A stretch of 55,442 nucleotides of DNA, filler included, from an uncultured delta proteobacterium (GTDB taxonomy: Bacteria; Desulfobacterota; Desulfobacteria; Desulfobacterales; SG8-13), in the NCBI GenBank assembly GCA_963848135.1. It is 3 parts of 3 records of this genome, joined end to end, with 100 filler letters (N's around TTAATTAATTAA, not from the genome) between each part and the next. Parts side by side here need not be neighbours in the genome. Positions count along the whole stretch, not along the records: positions 25,383 to 55,442 come from CAWKCK010000012.1; 2 more parts are not named here. One strand, 5' to 3'. The position numbers and the translations under genes were made by a program. Of the stretch, positions 29,883 through 40,487 are shown piece after piece (position 1 is the first letter of the stretch; every line of letters starts with the position of its first letter). The notes under the pieces are model-generated. The model searched no databases. It was not told the origin of the DNA and saw only the letters and a program-made list of their open reading frames with translations.

Positions 29883-30050
29883 CTAGGTGGCCCTATTCGT
29901 AAATACGGTGGCATTCAATTCCCGATGCATCCAGCCGCGCCGCGTTGATCGGCGCTCCAGACGCTTGGTATGCTCGCTTCTCGCGCCTCGCGCTGCGGGC
30001 GCTTCCGGTCATCTCGGTACGTCACCGTATTTAAGAACAGGACCACTTAG
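29883..30050. mobile_element. MITE-like palindromic element
   Basis: 30-bp imperfect TIRs ctaggtggccctattcgtaaatacggtggc / gtcaccgtatttaagaacaggaccacttag. Confidence 0.75.
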
Positions 30051-30334
30051 GCAGAGATATCACCCCATTCATTCTTTGTTTACAACCGGCTTCGAAATTT
30101 AATATTTATCTTTTAGATTCTAAGATTCAATCAAGATTATTCAATGTCCTATCCTTAACATAAACACTCGCAAATTTTGAAGATTCTTTTACCCAAATTG
30201 AACATTTCATATTTCGAAAAAATGAAATGCTCAACTTGGGTTTTATACAGCCTATATCTTAGCTGCAACAACCCGGTTAATCGCTCAGGCGATCGATCAT
30301 AAAAACTTCTTGGCTCGGATTGTATTACATATTA

Positions 30335-30356
30335 AATAATAATCATTATCATTATC
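30335..30356. promoter_or_regulatory. Fur/PerR-type box upstream of bfr
   Basis: aataataatcattatcattatc, close to GATAATGATAATCATTATC. Confidence 0.6.
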
Positions 30357-30509
30357 TATGACGGCACCAAACCTATATAGTTTATAAAATCTGATCCAAC
30401 ATTACCAGCTCCGGTCAAAAAGGGAATCATCTTGACATAGGGATTGACTTTGACGTGACATATCAATTATCTTCGAATTCAGGATCAACATACAAAAAGG
30501 AGAACGATA

Positions 30510-31049
30510 ATGGGTGATACATCTAAAGAGGAGAGAAGGCAAAAAGTCATTGATGTACTGAATAACGCCCGTGCCATGGAGTTGCAGGCCATTCACCAGT
30601 ACATGAATCAGCATTACAACCTGGACGATCTCGACTACGGAGAGCTGGCCGCAAAAATGAAACTCATCGCTATCGATGAGATGCGTCATTCAGAAATGTT
30701 TGCAGAACGCGTCAAGGAGCTTGGCGGTGAGCCGGTGACCGGCCACGACGGCACCATTGCAAAGGGGCAGTTGGTCCAAGTCATCTTTCCATTTGACGCC
30801 AACCTGGAGGATGACACCATCGACACCTACAATCAATTCCTCCTTGTCTGCCGTGAAAATGGTGACAGCATCAGCATGAAGATTTTTGAAGGCATCATCG
30901 ACGAGGAGCAGATTCACTACAACTACTTCGACAATGTCAACAACCACATCGAGAAGCTGGGTGACACCTATCTCGCCAAGATTGCCGGGACACCGTCTTC
31001 AACCGGTTTGGCTCCCAGTGGTTTTGCCGTCAGTGGGGGCGGAGAATAG
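30510..31049 (+). CDS. bfr: Bacterioferritin
   Basis: ELQAIHQY, DEMRHSE, DEEQIH ferroxidase ligands; AGGAG RBS. Confidence 0.93.
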   Translation: MGDTSKEERRQKVIDVLNNARAMELQAIHQYMNQHYNLDDLDYGELAAKMKLIAIDEMRHSEMFAERVKELGGEPVTGHDGTIAKGQLVQVIFPFDANLEDDTIDTYNQFLLVCRENGDSISMKIFEGIIDEEQIHYNYFDNVNNHIEKLGDTYLAKIAGTPSSTGLAPSGFAVSGGGE

Positions 31050-31277
31050 GGCCAACACCAGAAAAATGATAAGATTGCAGCAATGTTGAAAGGGATGGCG
31101 GTCGATTGTGCTCGAGCCAGCGTTGGTCCGCTCAGGGAAACTGTCGCCCAAATCCCTTTCCGATGCTCCCCGATGCCGGCGGAAGGTTAGATAATGTATA
31201 CCTTGTCCGTGTGCCCGAAGAGGATGCGGGGGCGGAAATGCGCGGGCGATTCAGCCATAGAATCGTTGTTTTTCTCA

Positions 31278-32093
31278 TCACCCGAGAGCGACATCTAATG
31301 TCATCATAACAGCAAAACCTAACATCGCACCAATTGTTGCCACGTCGGTATGTTTTTCAAGTTGTGATTCCGGTATTAACTCCTCAACAACCACATAAAT
31401 CATCGCTCCTGCAGCAAAAGCGAGTGAATAAGGAAGGATGGGGCGCATATATATAACAGCGATCGCTCCGAATACACCGGCTATCGGTTCTACAATCCCA
31501 GATAATTGTCCATACCAAAAGCTTTTCAGCCTCGTCATACCCTCACGTCGAAGAGGCACTGATACTGCAGTTCCTTCCGGAAAGTTTTGTATGCCAATTC
31601 CTATTGCTAAGGCGATAGCTCCCCCCAGGGTCGCTGCTGGTAAATCGGCTGCTAACGCTCCGAATGCGACCCCGACAGCTAAACCCTCCGGGATGTTGTG
31701 TATGGTAATTGCCAGCACAAGCAAAACACTTCTTCGCCAGCTGGTACTTACGCCTTCCGCTTCTTCTGTTGGGAACCCAGGATGGAGATGGGGCAGTAGC
31801 TTGTCGATTATCCAGAGAAAAGCACCCCCAAGCAAAAACCCAGAGGTCGCTGGTACCCAAGCAGGCAAATTCGATTCTTCAGCCATCTCTATTGCCGGAG
31901 CAAGCAAAGACCAGTATGAAGCGGCAATCATTACACCGGCTGCAAATCCAAGCATGGCATCCAGCATTTTCCGATTTATTCTTTTAAAAAAGAAAACCAG
32001 GCCGGCACCAGCAGCAGTCATAAACCAAGTGAATAAAGTTGCTAATAACGCCTGATAAACTGGATTTAAACCAGTAAAATAATTGATCAGCAT
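31278..32093 (-). CDS. zupT: ZIP family metal transporter
   Basis: [10 protein letters not shown] and QNFPEG motifs. Confidence 0.93.
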   Translation of the reverse strand: MLINYFTGLNPVYQALLATLFTWFMTAAGAGLVFFFKRINRKMLDAMLGFAAGVMIAASYWSLLAPAIEMAEESNLPAWVPATSGFLLGGAFLWIIDKLLPHLHPGFPTEEAEGVSTSWRRSVLLVLAITIHNIPEGLAVGVAFGALAADLPAATLGGAIALAIGIGIQNFPEGTAVSVPLRREGMTRLKSFWYGQLSGIVEPIAGVFGAIAVIYMRPILPYSLAFAAGAMIYVVVEELIPESQLEKHTDVATIGAMLGFAVMMTLDVALG

Positions 32094-32279
32094 ATATAAT
32101 CCCCAGAATTTTCAGTTTCTAATCAAATTTGTAAAAATGACTTGCCGAACCCACCCATATTTCGACTTTGCTCTCGACCTTCCAATGTGTATATTTTAAT
32201 CAGTGTTTCTGCAATGTTATTGATTGGAAATTTTTAGTATATGCGGGCTTTTAGTTAAGATAGAGAAGAATCACTGAGC

Positions 32280-32381
32280 TATAGTTGTTGAAAAAAAACG
32301 TTCCGTTTGCGGACGTTTTTTTCAACAAACACTTATACCATTCTTGCGTATTTCGGAATTTATTTTTGAAAATCGGTATAA
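32280..32381 (-). repeat. Repeat family A/B, copy 4 (inverted)
   Basis: Reverse complement ttataccgattttcaaaaataaattccgaaatacgcaagaatggtataagtgtttgttgaaaaaaacg...caacaactata. Confidence 0.85.
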
Positions 32382-32435
32382 CCGGCGCTCAAAACGTTTT
32401 CAAACACCCTGTAAGAAATATTTGAGATTCTCAAG

Positions 32436-34568
32436 TTACCTTTTCCCAATAATCCTTGTTGAATTTGCCACCGCAAGTATTGCGGTTCCCATATCCGCAA
32501 AAACGGCCTCCCACATCGAGGCCAAACCCATGGCACCAAAAGTAATGAAAATCCCTTTAATGACAAAAGCGAAACAGATGTTCTGCCAAACGATCCGGCG
32601 GGTATACTTTGCGATCATCAAGGCCTCGGCAACCTTTAGGGGAGAGTCCTTCATCAAGACCACATCTGCTGTCTCAATCGCTGCGTCAGAACCAAATGCT
32701 CCCATTGCAATACCCACATCAGCACGTGCAATAACGGGTGCATCGTTGATACCATCGCCGACAAAGGCAATTTTTTTATTGCCTCTTCCACTATTCTTTG
32801 CCGCGATATTTTCAAGGATTTTCACTTTATCCTCTGGCAGAAGGTCGGAATAAAAGCTATCAAGGCCAAGCCTATTAGAAACCGCCTCAGCCGTGCAGTA
32901 ATTATCACCGGTTAGCATTGCGATATGCTTAACATTTAGGTCGCGCAGTGCTTTTATCGCCTCTTCCGCGTCAGGGCGTATCATGTCACCAATCGTAATA
33001 TAGCCGGCATAAATTTCATCGACGACGATGTGGGCGACCGTATAATCAAATTCGCATTTAGAGTGATCTACGTTATAAGCGTGCAACAAATTGTCGTTAC
33101 CTACAAGGATGTTATGTATGCCATACCTGACCTTAACACCTTTCCCCGCCATATTGGTGTGATCGAATATTTGGGTTGCATCCAGTTCGTATCCCGACGC
33201 GGAAAATGCATTTGTAATTGATGTTGCGATAGGATGATTGGAATGATATTCGGCTGCCGCTGCAAATTCAAACAATTGTGATTTGGAAAAACCATTCAGG
33301 CTAATTACGTCCCTGACCTTAAAGATGCCTTTAGTCAGTGTGCCTGTTTTATCAAAAACAACTGTGTCAACCGCCGAAAGGGCATCTATATAGTTCGATC
33401 CTTTTACCAAAATACCCCTTCGTGATGCTCTGCCAATTCCTCCGAAATATCCCATAGGAATGCTGACAACAAGGGCGCAGGGGCAAGAAATCACCAATAG
33501 AACTAAAGCGCGATATATCCAGGTTTGAAAAGAAGCATCGATTAATAGAGGAGGAATGAAAGCGATTGCAGCGGCAATCATGACGACGGCTGGCGTGTAG
33601 TAGCGTGCGAAGGTCGTGATAAATTTTTCTGTTTTGGCTTTTCTGGCAGTGGCATTTTCAACGAGCTCCATAACCTTGGAGATGGAAGATTCACTGAATG
33701 GACGCGATACCCGAACTGTCAATGCCCCTGTTTTATTGATTTGCCCGGCCATAACATGATCGCCCACTTTGGCATTGACAGGCACGGACTCACCGGTCAG
33801 AACGGATGAGTCCACCTGGGAACTTCCGTCTATAATTTCGCCATCGAGGGGTATTTTTTCACCAGGTTTGACAAGTATATCATCACCGATATTGACCGAT
33901 TCCGGTGACATTTCAACATATCCATCTGATTTTATCACGACGGCCTTATCAGGCCTTATCGCCAACAAACTTTTTATGGAACGCCGTGAACGCGAAACTG
34001 CCATTCCCTGGAGCAGCTCACCCACCTTATAAAAGATCATGACACCGACGGCTTCTGAGTACGCATGGATCGCCATGGCGCCACCGGTGGCAATCACCAT
34101 AAGGACATTTTCATCAAAGAATGTCCCCTTCTTGATTGTCTTTAACGCGCCTGCCAGAACATTCCACCCGGCCAGCAGATAAGCGGTAAGAACGATGATA
34201 ATTTCCCACCGAAAATAGGATATTGTATGGAACCGATCCTCAAAAAAAAGTACTATCAAAAAGAGAACGGTGGCAGCACCCAGAACCAGTAGCTCTTTTT
34301 TCGCCTTCTTGCTCCACGGATTTTTATCGAGGTCAAGGGTACCCGTATTTTGGGGCTCATGTATAAGTTCAACATCGGGCTCGATACTATGAATTTTCTC
34401 TAAAACACGATCCAGGTTCTTTGCTTTGACATAAAGGGTCTGATTGGCAAAATCGAGCACAGCTTCATCGACACCATCCAGTGTGTTCAGCCCGTTTTCT
34501 ATTTTAGCGGCACATGCCGCGCAATCTATATTCTTTAGGCCGTATTTTACAGTGACTTGTTCTGTCAT
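32436..34568 (-). CDS. cadA: Cd/Zn-translocating P1B-type ATPase
   Basis: DCAAC HMA domain, TGES, SCPC, DKTGT, HP, GDGIND. Confidence 0.95.
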   Translation of the reverse strand: MTEQVTVKYGLKNIDCAACAAKIENGLNTLDGVDEAVLDFANQTLYVKAKNLDRVLEKIHSIEPDVELIHEPQNTGTLDLDKNPWSKKAKKELLVLGAATVLFLIVLFFEDRFHTISYFRWEIIIVLTAYLLAGWNVLAGALKTIKKGTFFDENVLMVIATGGAMAIHAYSEAVGVMIFYKVGELLQGMAVSRSRRSIKSLLAIRPDKAVVIKSDGYVEMSPESVNIGDDILVKPGEKIPLDGEIIDGSSQVDSSVLTGESVPVNAKVGDHVMAGQINKTGALTVRVSRPFSESSISKVMELVENATARKAKTEKFITTFARYYTPAVVMIAAAIAFIPPLLIDASFQTWIYRALVLLVISCPCALVVSIPMGYFGGIGRASRRGILVKGSNYIDALSAVDTVVFDKTGTLTKGIFKVRDVISLNGFSKSQLFEFAAAAEYHSNHPIATSITNAFSASGYELDATQIFDHTNMAGKGVKVRYGIHNILVGNDNLLHAYNVDHSKCEFDYTVAHIVVDEIYAGYITIGDMIRPDAEEAIKALRDLNVKHIAMLTGDNYCTAEAVSNRLGLDSFYSDLLPEDKVKILENIAAKNSGRGNKKIAFVGDGINDAPVIARADVGIAMGAFGSDAAIETADVVLMKDSPLKVAEALMIAKYTRRIVWQNICFAFVIKGIFITFGAMGLASMWEAVFADMGTAILAVANSTRIIGKR

Positions 34569-34590
34569 TTTCTAACTTTCCATGGTCTGC

Positions 34591-34971
34591 TTACGCTTCC
34601 TGTATGTGCTCCATACCGAGATTGAGGAGATCCCTGATGTGCTCATCTTCCAGGGAATAGTAAACAATTTTTCCCTCTCGCCTTGCTTTGACTATCCTTG
34701 CAAGTTTCAGATTTTTCAATTGATGTGATACTGCCGGTTGGTTCATCTTTAAAAGCGCGCAGAGGTCACAAACGCACATCTCCGATTCACTCAATGCCCA
34801 TATAATGCCCAACCTGGTACTATCCCCGAAGAGCTTGAAAAGGTCTGCCAATTCATACACGGAAACCGAATGTGGCATTTTTCGTCTGACCGCTTTAAGG
34901 ATATCGCGATGGATGCCTTTGACCATACACGTTTCAACGGCCTCATTTCGACTCTGTGTCTTAACCACCAT
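34591..34971 (-). CDS. cadC: ArsR/SmtB family metalloregulator (CadC-like)
   Basis: LFKLFGDSTRL, EMCVCDL, AVSHQL, DEHI..EH. Confidence 0.9.
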   Translation of the reverse strand: MVVKTQSRNEAVETCMVKGIHRDILKAVRRKMPHSVSVYELADLFKLFGDSTRLGIIWALSESEMCVCDLCALLKMNQPAVSHQLKNLKLARIVKARREGKIVYYSLEDEHIRDLLNLGMEHIQEA

Positions 34972-35001
34972 GAGATCCTCCCAATAAAATATAATGATTG
35001 T

Positions 35002-35038
35002 ACATATGTATATATGTTAATATGTTTGAGTTTGTCAA
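35002..35038 (-). promoter_or_regulatory. SmtB/CadC operator overlapping promoter
   Basis: Imperfect palindrome acatatgtatatatgttaatatgt (35002-35025); TTGACA on the minus strand at 35033-35038. Confidence 0.7.
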
Positions 35039-35280
35039 CCTTAAATTAATTGAGCCCTCGAAGAGTTTTCATTAACCTGGAACAGGGGGGAATAATCAGC
35101 GACTTCAGCGTGCAAACTCATGCATAAGGCAACCTAAGGAATGAACAGATTTCATAATGACATAAAATGGAATGTTATGTTTTAATCGATGTGCCGACAA
35201 CATTTTCGCAGAATGCAACTCAAGCTGTTAATTTATACCCTCCTTTGATAGGCTCATATCTGGCATAATAATCATCGTTA

Positions 35281-35372
35281 AACCCCCAGTCTTGGTGGGG
35301 AGACTCCCAAAGTTTGACAGTTCCAGGCGTTAATTATTACCAGCGACGATGATTATTATATATTTCATGTCC
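35281..35372 (+). repeat. Dispersed repeat family E, copy 2
   Basis: ctcccaaagtttgacagttccagg...gacgatgat aligns with 26599-26690. Confidence 0.6.
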
Positions 35373-35458
35373 TATTTTGTGTTCATATGTTGAGGTATGA
35401 GAATACTTCAAAAATCTTGAAATATCGTTAACTTAGATTGAAGAAAGAGGAAACTCGA

Positions 35459-36013
35459 ATGAGTCGTAGGGTAAGCATGGAATCCATACTGTTAATTTTC
35501 CTGATAATAGCCGGTGTTGGAATCATTGTCTTGCTCCAAACGAAGGACTCGTCTTTCGATCTATCGGGGACTCCGCGGGCAAAAAATAGTGTACCTGCAC
35601 CAGGGTTTGCTTTGCCTGACCTTGACGGGAAGATGGTCAGCCTGGCTGATTTCAAGGGCAAAGTGGTCCTCCTGAACATCTGGGCGACATGGTGTCCCCC
35701 TTGTGTGGCTGAAATGCCGTCCATGGAAACGCTTTATCAGGAACTCAAGGAGGAAGATTTTGAAATCATTGCGGTTAGTATTGACGAATCAGGAAGTGAT
35801 GTCGTGGCGCCTTTTATGAAAAAACACAAGCTGAGTTTCCCAGCCTTGACCGACACTCAAGGAACCACAAAAAATATCTATCAGACAACCGGTGTCCCTG
35901 AAAGCTTTATCATTGATAAGGACGGCATTATTGTAGAAAAAGTCATCGGACCAAGGGAATGGGCGTCACCTGACGCTATCAATTATTTTCGAAATCTGAT
36001 TCAGACAAATTAA
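35459..36013 (+). CDS. TlpA/ResA family thiol-disulfide oxidoreductase
   Basis: N-terminal TM anchor, WATWCPPC, GVPESFIID. Confidence 0.93.
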   Translation: MSRRVSMESILLIFLIIAGVGIIVLLQTKDSSFDLSGTPRAKNSVPAPGFALPDLDGKMVSLADFKGKVVLLNIWATWCPPCVAEMPSMETLYQELKEEDFEIIAVSIDESGSDVVAPFMKKHKLSFPALTDTQGTTKNIYQTTGVPESFIIDKDGIIVEKVIGPREWASPDAINYFRNLIQTN

Positions 36014-36111
36014 TGATTAACAATGCAACTATCTATTCGAAATTGAAATATTAATAAAATTTTGATAATTTCAGCGAAAGTGTCAGTTGTCGTGTTATGG
36101 ATTTGATGACA

Positions 36112-36200
36112 TTAAAACGCGTTTCAAAAACAGATTCAGAAATTCGGAAAGAATGGTATAAGTGGTTATTGTTCATCTCTGGATCGGAAACTGACCAGTG
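36112..36200 (+). repeat. Degenerate family A/B copy abutting a family D end
   Basis: tttcaaaaacagattcagaaattcggaaagaatggtataagtggtt then cggaaactgaccagtg. Confidence 0.65.
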
Positions 36201-36244
36201 CTCTCTATGAAACCTGGGACGGGAAATAGCCAAATGTTTCTGAT

Positions 36245-37558
36245 ATGGGTAGGTGTGTCTCTATGAGGGATCGGAGGGTGTGGTACCATAAACGTGTCTT
36301 AATCGTTGCCTCTTTCTGCATCATGTTTCTTCTAATTTCATCTTCATTATCGACCGCTTTTACCCGAACAGAACGCAATAACTTTCAGAATTCCATCGTG
36401 GATTACCGTTCGCGATTGAATCCCAGGTTCAAAAAAGTCAAACGCCAAGAGACGAAATACATTATCGTCCATACTTCTGAACTCGGACTTGAAACGACCC
36501 TGAGGGTCGTATCAAAAGGGAAGCGTTTTCGCAATGGCCGGCGCACCTATGGTGGTCATACCCATTATGTGATTGCCCGTAACGGACGTACGTATCGCAT
36601 CTTGGATAAGAAATATGTGGCCGATCACGCGGGCCGCAGCATGTGGAATGGAGAAACGAACCTAAGCAAAATGTCCATTGGTATTGAGTTGGTCGGGTAT
36701 CATTACGCGCCCATTACCGAGAAACAGTATCGATCGGTAGGCCTATTGATTAACACTTTACAAGGGTTTTACAACCTGGATGATCGGGAAGTTCTGACGC
36801 ACAGCCAGGTTGCCTACGGACGGCCAAACCGGTGGTTTACGAAAAATCACCGTGGGCGCAAGCGCTGCGCTAAAAACTTTATACGCGTTAAAGCGGATTT
36901 AGGGTCCACCTGGACCGATGATCCCGATGTTCGCGCCGGACGACTCATGGCTGATGCCCAGCTATACGAAGTGTTTTATAGCCGGAATAAAATAGATTCA
37001 CAGGCCGATGACGGGAATATCATTTCAAAGCGCAATACCGCATGGGTTATTGCCGGAGAAGACTACGATAGTATCACCACGATATACAAATTACCGAATG
37101 GACGTCTATACACCGGCGATCAAATTGCGGAAAAAATTGGCTGGAACCGCATACCAGCCCAAACCGTCGTACTGCTTAACCAGGAAAGCAGCGTTGAAAT
37201 ACTAAAAGACGACGGGCCTGTAAAGACCATATCGGACGGGATCACGGCATGGTCTCTTGCCGGAAAATCGTATAATCATAAAACAACGATCTATTTTTTG
37301 CCTTCCGGTCGAATAAAGTCCGGGTCAATTATAAACGACTGGGATGACCTGCCGGTGCGAACCAGACTGATCATCGGGTACAAGGGGCCTTACAAACTTC
37401 ATAAAGAACAAACCGCCTATCGCGTTGCCGGCTCCAGGTATAAGGATCATAAAACAATCTACTACCTGCCATCCAGAAAATTGTTGAGTGGTAACAAGAT
37501 AAAAGACTTTAGCCAGCTTCAAAGTGGGACTCTCGTTTTTCTTCCCGCTGCCCTATAA
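36245..37558 (+). CDS. N-acetylmuramoyl-L-alanine amidase (Amidase_2) with three C-terminal repeats
   Basis: IIVHT, HYVIARNG, HAG, SIGIELVG, THSQV..KRC; N-terminal signal/TM. Start may be 36263. Confidence 0.88.
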   Translation: MGRCVSMRDRRVWYHKRVLIVASFCIMFLLISSSLSTAFTRTERNNFQNSIVDYRSRLNPRFKKVKRQETKYIIVHTSELGLETTLRVVSKGKRFRNGRRTYGGHTHYVIARNGRTYRILDKKYVADHAGRSMWNGETNLSKMSIGIELVGYHYAPITEKQYRSVGLLINTLQGFYNLDDREVLTHSQVAYGRPNRWFTKNHRGRKRCAKNFIRVKADLGSTWTDDPDVRAGRLMADAQLYEVFYSRNKIDSQADDGNIISKRNTAWVIAGEDYDSITTIYKLPNGRLYTGDQIAEKIGWNRIPAQTVVLLNQESSVEILKDDGPVKTISDGITAWSLAGKSYNHKTTIYFLPSGRIKSGSIINDWDDLPVRTRLIIGYKGPYKLHKEQTAYRVAGSRYKDHKTIYYLPSRKLLSGNKIKDFSQLQSGTLVFLPAAL

Positions 37559-37637
37559 CTTACTTCATGATTGAACTTCCGCGGACATATTGTTACAGCA
37601 CTCTCCGGTCTAAATTCTAAAATTTTGGAGGGATGGT

Positions 37638-37853
37638 ATGAGTAAAGCTAAAATTGTCATTGATTATGATGGAGATTCGACCACGATTATTCCCAATTCG
37701 CTCGAAGCCAAAGCAAAAACGATTGCCGTATTGTGGGATGACTATTCCAGAGATGAACTTCTTGAAATGTTTCAAATCTCCCTGAGCACCCTCCGCAGGT
37801 GGGCCGCAAAAGCCCGTAAAATGGATCCCAAGTGGTGCCCAATTCGGAAATGA
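37638..37853 (+). CDS. Small helix-turn-helix protein
   Basis: GGAGG RBS; SRDELLEMFQISLSTLRRW HTH pattern. Confidence 0.6.
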   Translation: MSKAKIVIDYDGDSTTIIPNSLEAKAKTIAVLWDDYSRDELLEMFQISLSTLRRWAAKARKMDPKWCPIRK

Positions 37854-37912
37854 TACACTGGTAATCAACCTGTGACGTTCGATTTATCTAAAGAAGAAGG
37901 AGTCAGAAGATA

Positions 37913-39127
37913 ATGGAAAAAGGGTGTAGAAGCCACGAAATACTGAACGCAGATGATTTCCGTGACATCAGCCCGGGGGATCGCACACTCCTGGGCCCTG
38001 GGCCCAGTGATGTTCCCGCAAGAACGCTGCAGGCTTTGGCCACACCCTGCATTGGGCATTTGGACCCCTACTTTCTATCCCTCATGAACGAGACCCAGCA
38101 GCTCCTCCGGTACCTGTTTCAAACGGAAAATGAGTTGACGATCCCTGTTTCAGGTACGGGGAGCGCTGGAATGGAAACCTGTTTTGTCAATCTTATCGAA
38201 CCGGGTGACGAGGTGGTTGTCTGCGTCAACGGTGTCTTCGGAACGCGCATGGCGGATATCGTGAATCGTAGCGGTGGCAAATTGATCCGTATCGATGCCG
38301 AATGGGGAACCGCCATTGATCCCCAGCTGTTGAAGGATGCCATAAAGGGCAGAAGGCCCAAAGTCGTGGCCGTGGTCCATGCTGAAACCTCAACGGGGGT
38401 ATGCCAACCCCTTGACGACTTGGCCAATATCAGCCACGAAGTCGGCGCTTTGTTTTTGGTCGACGCTGTCACTTCGTTGGGGGGTATGCGATTTGCGATC
38501 GATGATATGAAAATTGATGCCACTTATAGCGGTACACAGAAATGCATTTCCGGTCCACCAGGCCTTTCTCCACTATCTTTCAGCCCGGCAGCCGTCGAGG
38601 TCTTGGACCGAAGGAAGACCCCTGTCGCCAGCTGGTATCTCGACTTGAGCATGGTCAGAGACTATTGGGGAACTGATAGAAAATATCATCATACCGCGCC
38701 CATCAATATGATCTATGGTTTGCGGGAAGCCTTGCGCCTGATTGCCGAAGAGGGGTTGGAGCCGCGCTTTGACAGGCACCGTCTGAACCACCGTGCGTTA
38801 GTTTCTGGTATTGAGGCTATGGGGCTTGACATGCTCGTTTCGGAGCCTATCCGCCTGCCCATGCTGAACGCGGTGCGAATTCCCGAAGGAATCGATGATA
38901 TTACTGTGCGCAAAGCGCTTCTCAATCATTACGGTATTGAGATTGGCGGCGGTTTAGGCCAGTTTGCCGGCAAGGTGTGGCGTATCGGTTTGATGGGGCA
39001 CTCTTGCCGCCGTAAAAACGTAATTCTTCTACTGGCGGCACTTGAAACCGTACTCAAGGCCGAGGGTTATCAAACGAAGTCGGGCGCGCTCGAGGCGGCT
39101 GCGTCGATATACACCCGGGCATGCTGA
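37913..39127 (+). CDS. Class V aminotransferase (alanine-glyoxylate/serine-pyruvate type)
   Basis: [29 protein letters not shown] lysine. Confidence 0.93.
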   Translation: MEKGCRSHEILNADDFRDISPGDRTLLGPGPSDVPARTLQALATPCIGHLDPYFLSLMNETQQLLRYLFQTENELTIPVSGTGSAGMETCFVNLIEPGDEVVVCVNGVFGTRMADIVNRSGGKLIRIDAEWGTAIDPQLLKDAIKGRRPKVVAVVHAETSTGVCQPLDDLANISHEVGALFLVDAVTSLGGMRFAIDDMKIDATYSGTQKCISGPPGLSPLSFSPAAVEVLDRRKTPVASWYLDLSMVRDYWGTDRKYHHTAPINMIYGLREALRLIAEEGLEPRFDRHRLNHRALVSGIEAMGLDMLVSEPIRLPMLNAVRIPEGIDDITVRKALLNHYGIEIGGGLGQFAGKVWRIGLMGHSCRRKNVILLLAALETVLKAEGYQTKSGALEAAASIYTRAC

Positions 39128-39158
39128 CGTAAACATGAAGTGAAAAATTTTGTTTTTT

Positions 39159-39187
39159 TTCGGCATTTATTTTTGAAAAGCGGTATA
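39159..39187 (-). repeat. Partial repeat family A (inverted)
   Basis: Reverse complement tataccgcttttcaaaaataaatgccgaa. Confidence 0.65.
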
Positions 39188-39317
39188 TTTCTTTAGCAGG
39201 GCCTTAAAACTTAATCGCCAACGATAAGTTGAAAGTAATATGGGCAGGCAAGTAAGGGTTGGATTCGAGCATGATCCGGTGTGAAAGTATTAATGCAATT
39301 CAGAATCGCCTATCTGT

Positions 39318-40346
39318 TTATGGCGTCAACACCAGTTTGCCAAAGATTTCTCCCCGTTCCATAAGACCATAGGCGTTTTTACCCTCACTCAGAGGCATTA
39401 CCCGGTCGATCACCGCTGTTAATCGACCGGTTTTGATCAATTCGAGAATATCGCGGAAATCCTGGTGAGAGCCCATGGTACTGCCGATCAGGCTGATCTG
39501 CTTGCCGAAGATGTAGCGGATGTCGATTTCGGACAACGGGCCGGAAGTATTGCCCACGATAACGATCCGGCCGCCGCGGGCGACAGCGCTCATGCTCTTT
39601 GTGATAGTCGCCTTGCCGACATTGTCAACTACGACATCGACACCGCGTTTCTGCGTCAGGCGATAAACCTCCTTGCCCCAGTCGACCGCACTGCGGTCGA
39701 AAACTTCGTCAGCCCCCAGGCCCCTGGCTTTCTCCGCTTTTTTAGCGTCACCGGCCACCACAAAGACTTTCGCACCGGCGAGCTTTGCGATCTGAACGGC
39801 GATGCTGTTAACGCCGCCCCCGGAGCCGACCACCAGGACAGTTTCCCCGGCTCTCAGGCGAGCCCTGTGGATCAACATCCGCCAGGCAGTGAGACCGACC
39901 AGAAGCGGTGCTGCAGCATCTGAGTACTCCCAGCCTTCCGGCATGGCGGCCAGATTCGTTGCCGGGACGGCCAGGTATTCGGCGGCGCCTCCCCGGATAT
40001 GCTCACCCAGGACATGGTATCCTGGACTAAGGGAATCCTCTCCCCGGCGGGTGTGCTCGTCTTCGACATGGCTGACCCCCGGATCGACCACCACCGCTTG
40101 TCCAACCTGCCAGCCACTGACGTTCCGGCCGATATCGGCGATGTCACCGGCAACATCGGCACCGCACCAGTGGGGCATTTCGAGCTTCAGACCCGGCCAT
40201 CCCCGACGGACCCAGATGTCGAGATGGTTGAGGGCGCAGGCGCGTACCCTGACGACAACATCATCGGGGCCCGCAACCGGGTCGGGGACATTGCCATAAG
40301 TAATAACATCGAGACTGCCGTGTTCTTTGAAATGCAATGCTTTCAT
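39318..40346 (-). CDS. Zinc-binding dehydrogenase / quinone-oxidoreductase-like MDR
   Basis: ALNHLD, GADVAG, GSGGGVN, GKLVL. Confidence 0.9.
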   Translation of the reverse strand: MKALHFKEHGSLDVITYGNVPDPVAGPDDVVVRVRACALNHLDIWVRRGWPGLKLEMPHWCGADVAGDIADIGRNVSGWQVGQAVVVDPGVSHVEDEHTRRGEDSLSPGYHVLGEHIRGGAAEYLAVPATNLAAMPEGWEYSDAAAPLLVGLTAWRMLIHRARLRAGETVLVVGSGGGVNSIAVQIAKLAGAKVFVVAGDAKKAEKARGLGADEVFDRSAVDWGKEVYRLTQKRGVDVVVDNVGKATITKSMSAVARGGRIVIVGNTSGPLSEIDIRYIFGKQISLIGSTMGSHQDFRDILELIKTGRLTAVIDRVMPLSEGKNAYGLMERGEIFGKLVLTP

Positions 40347-40487
40347 GTTTTTCTTTCCGTAGGAAACGTTGAGAAATCAAAAAGAGAGGGATCGAGTCAA
40401 CGCAAACATAAGCCTTGGCAAGTGAGAATGCAAGCAGAAGGGGTTGGAACGGGTGACGGCGGTTGGGCAACTGTTCGTTGCTGCAAA

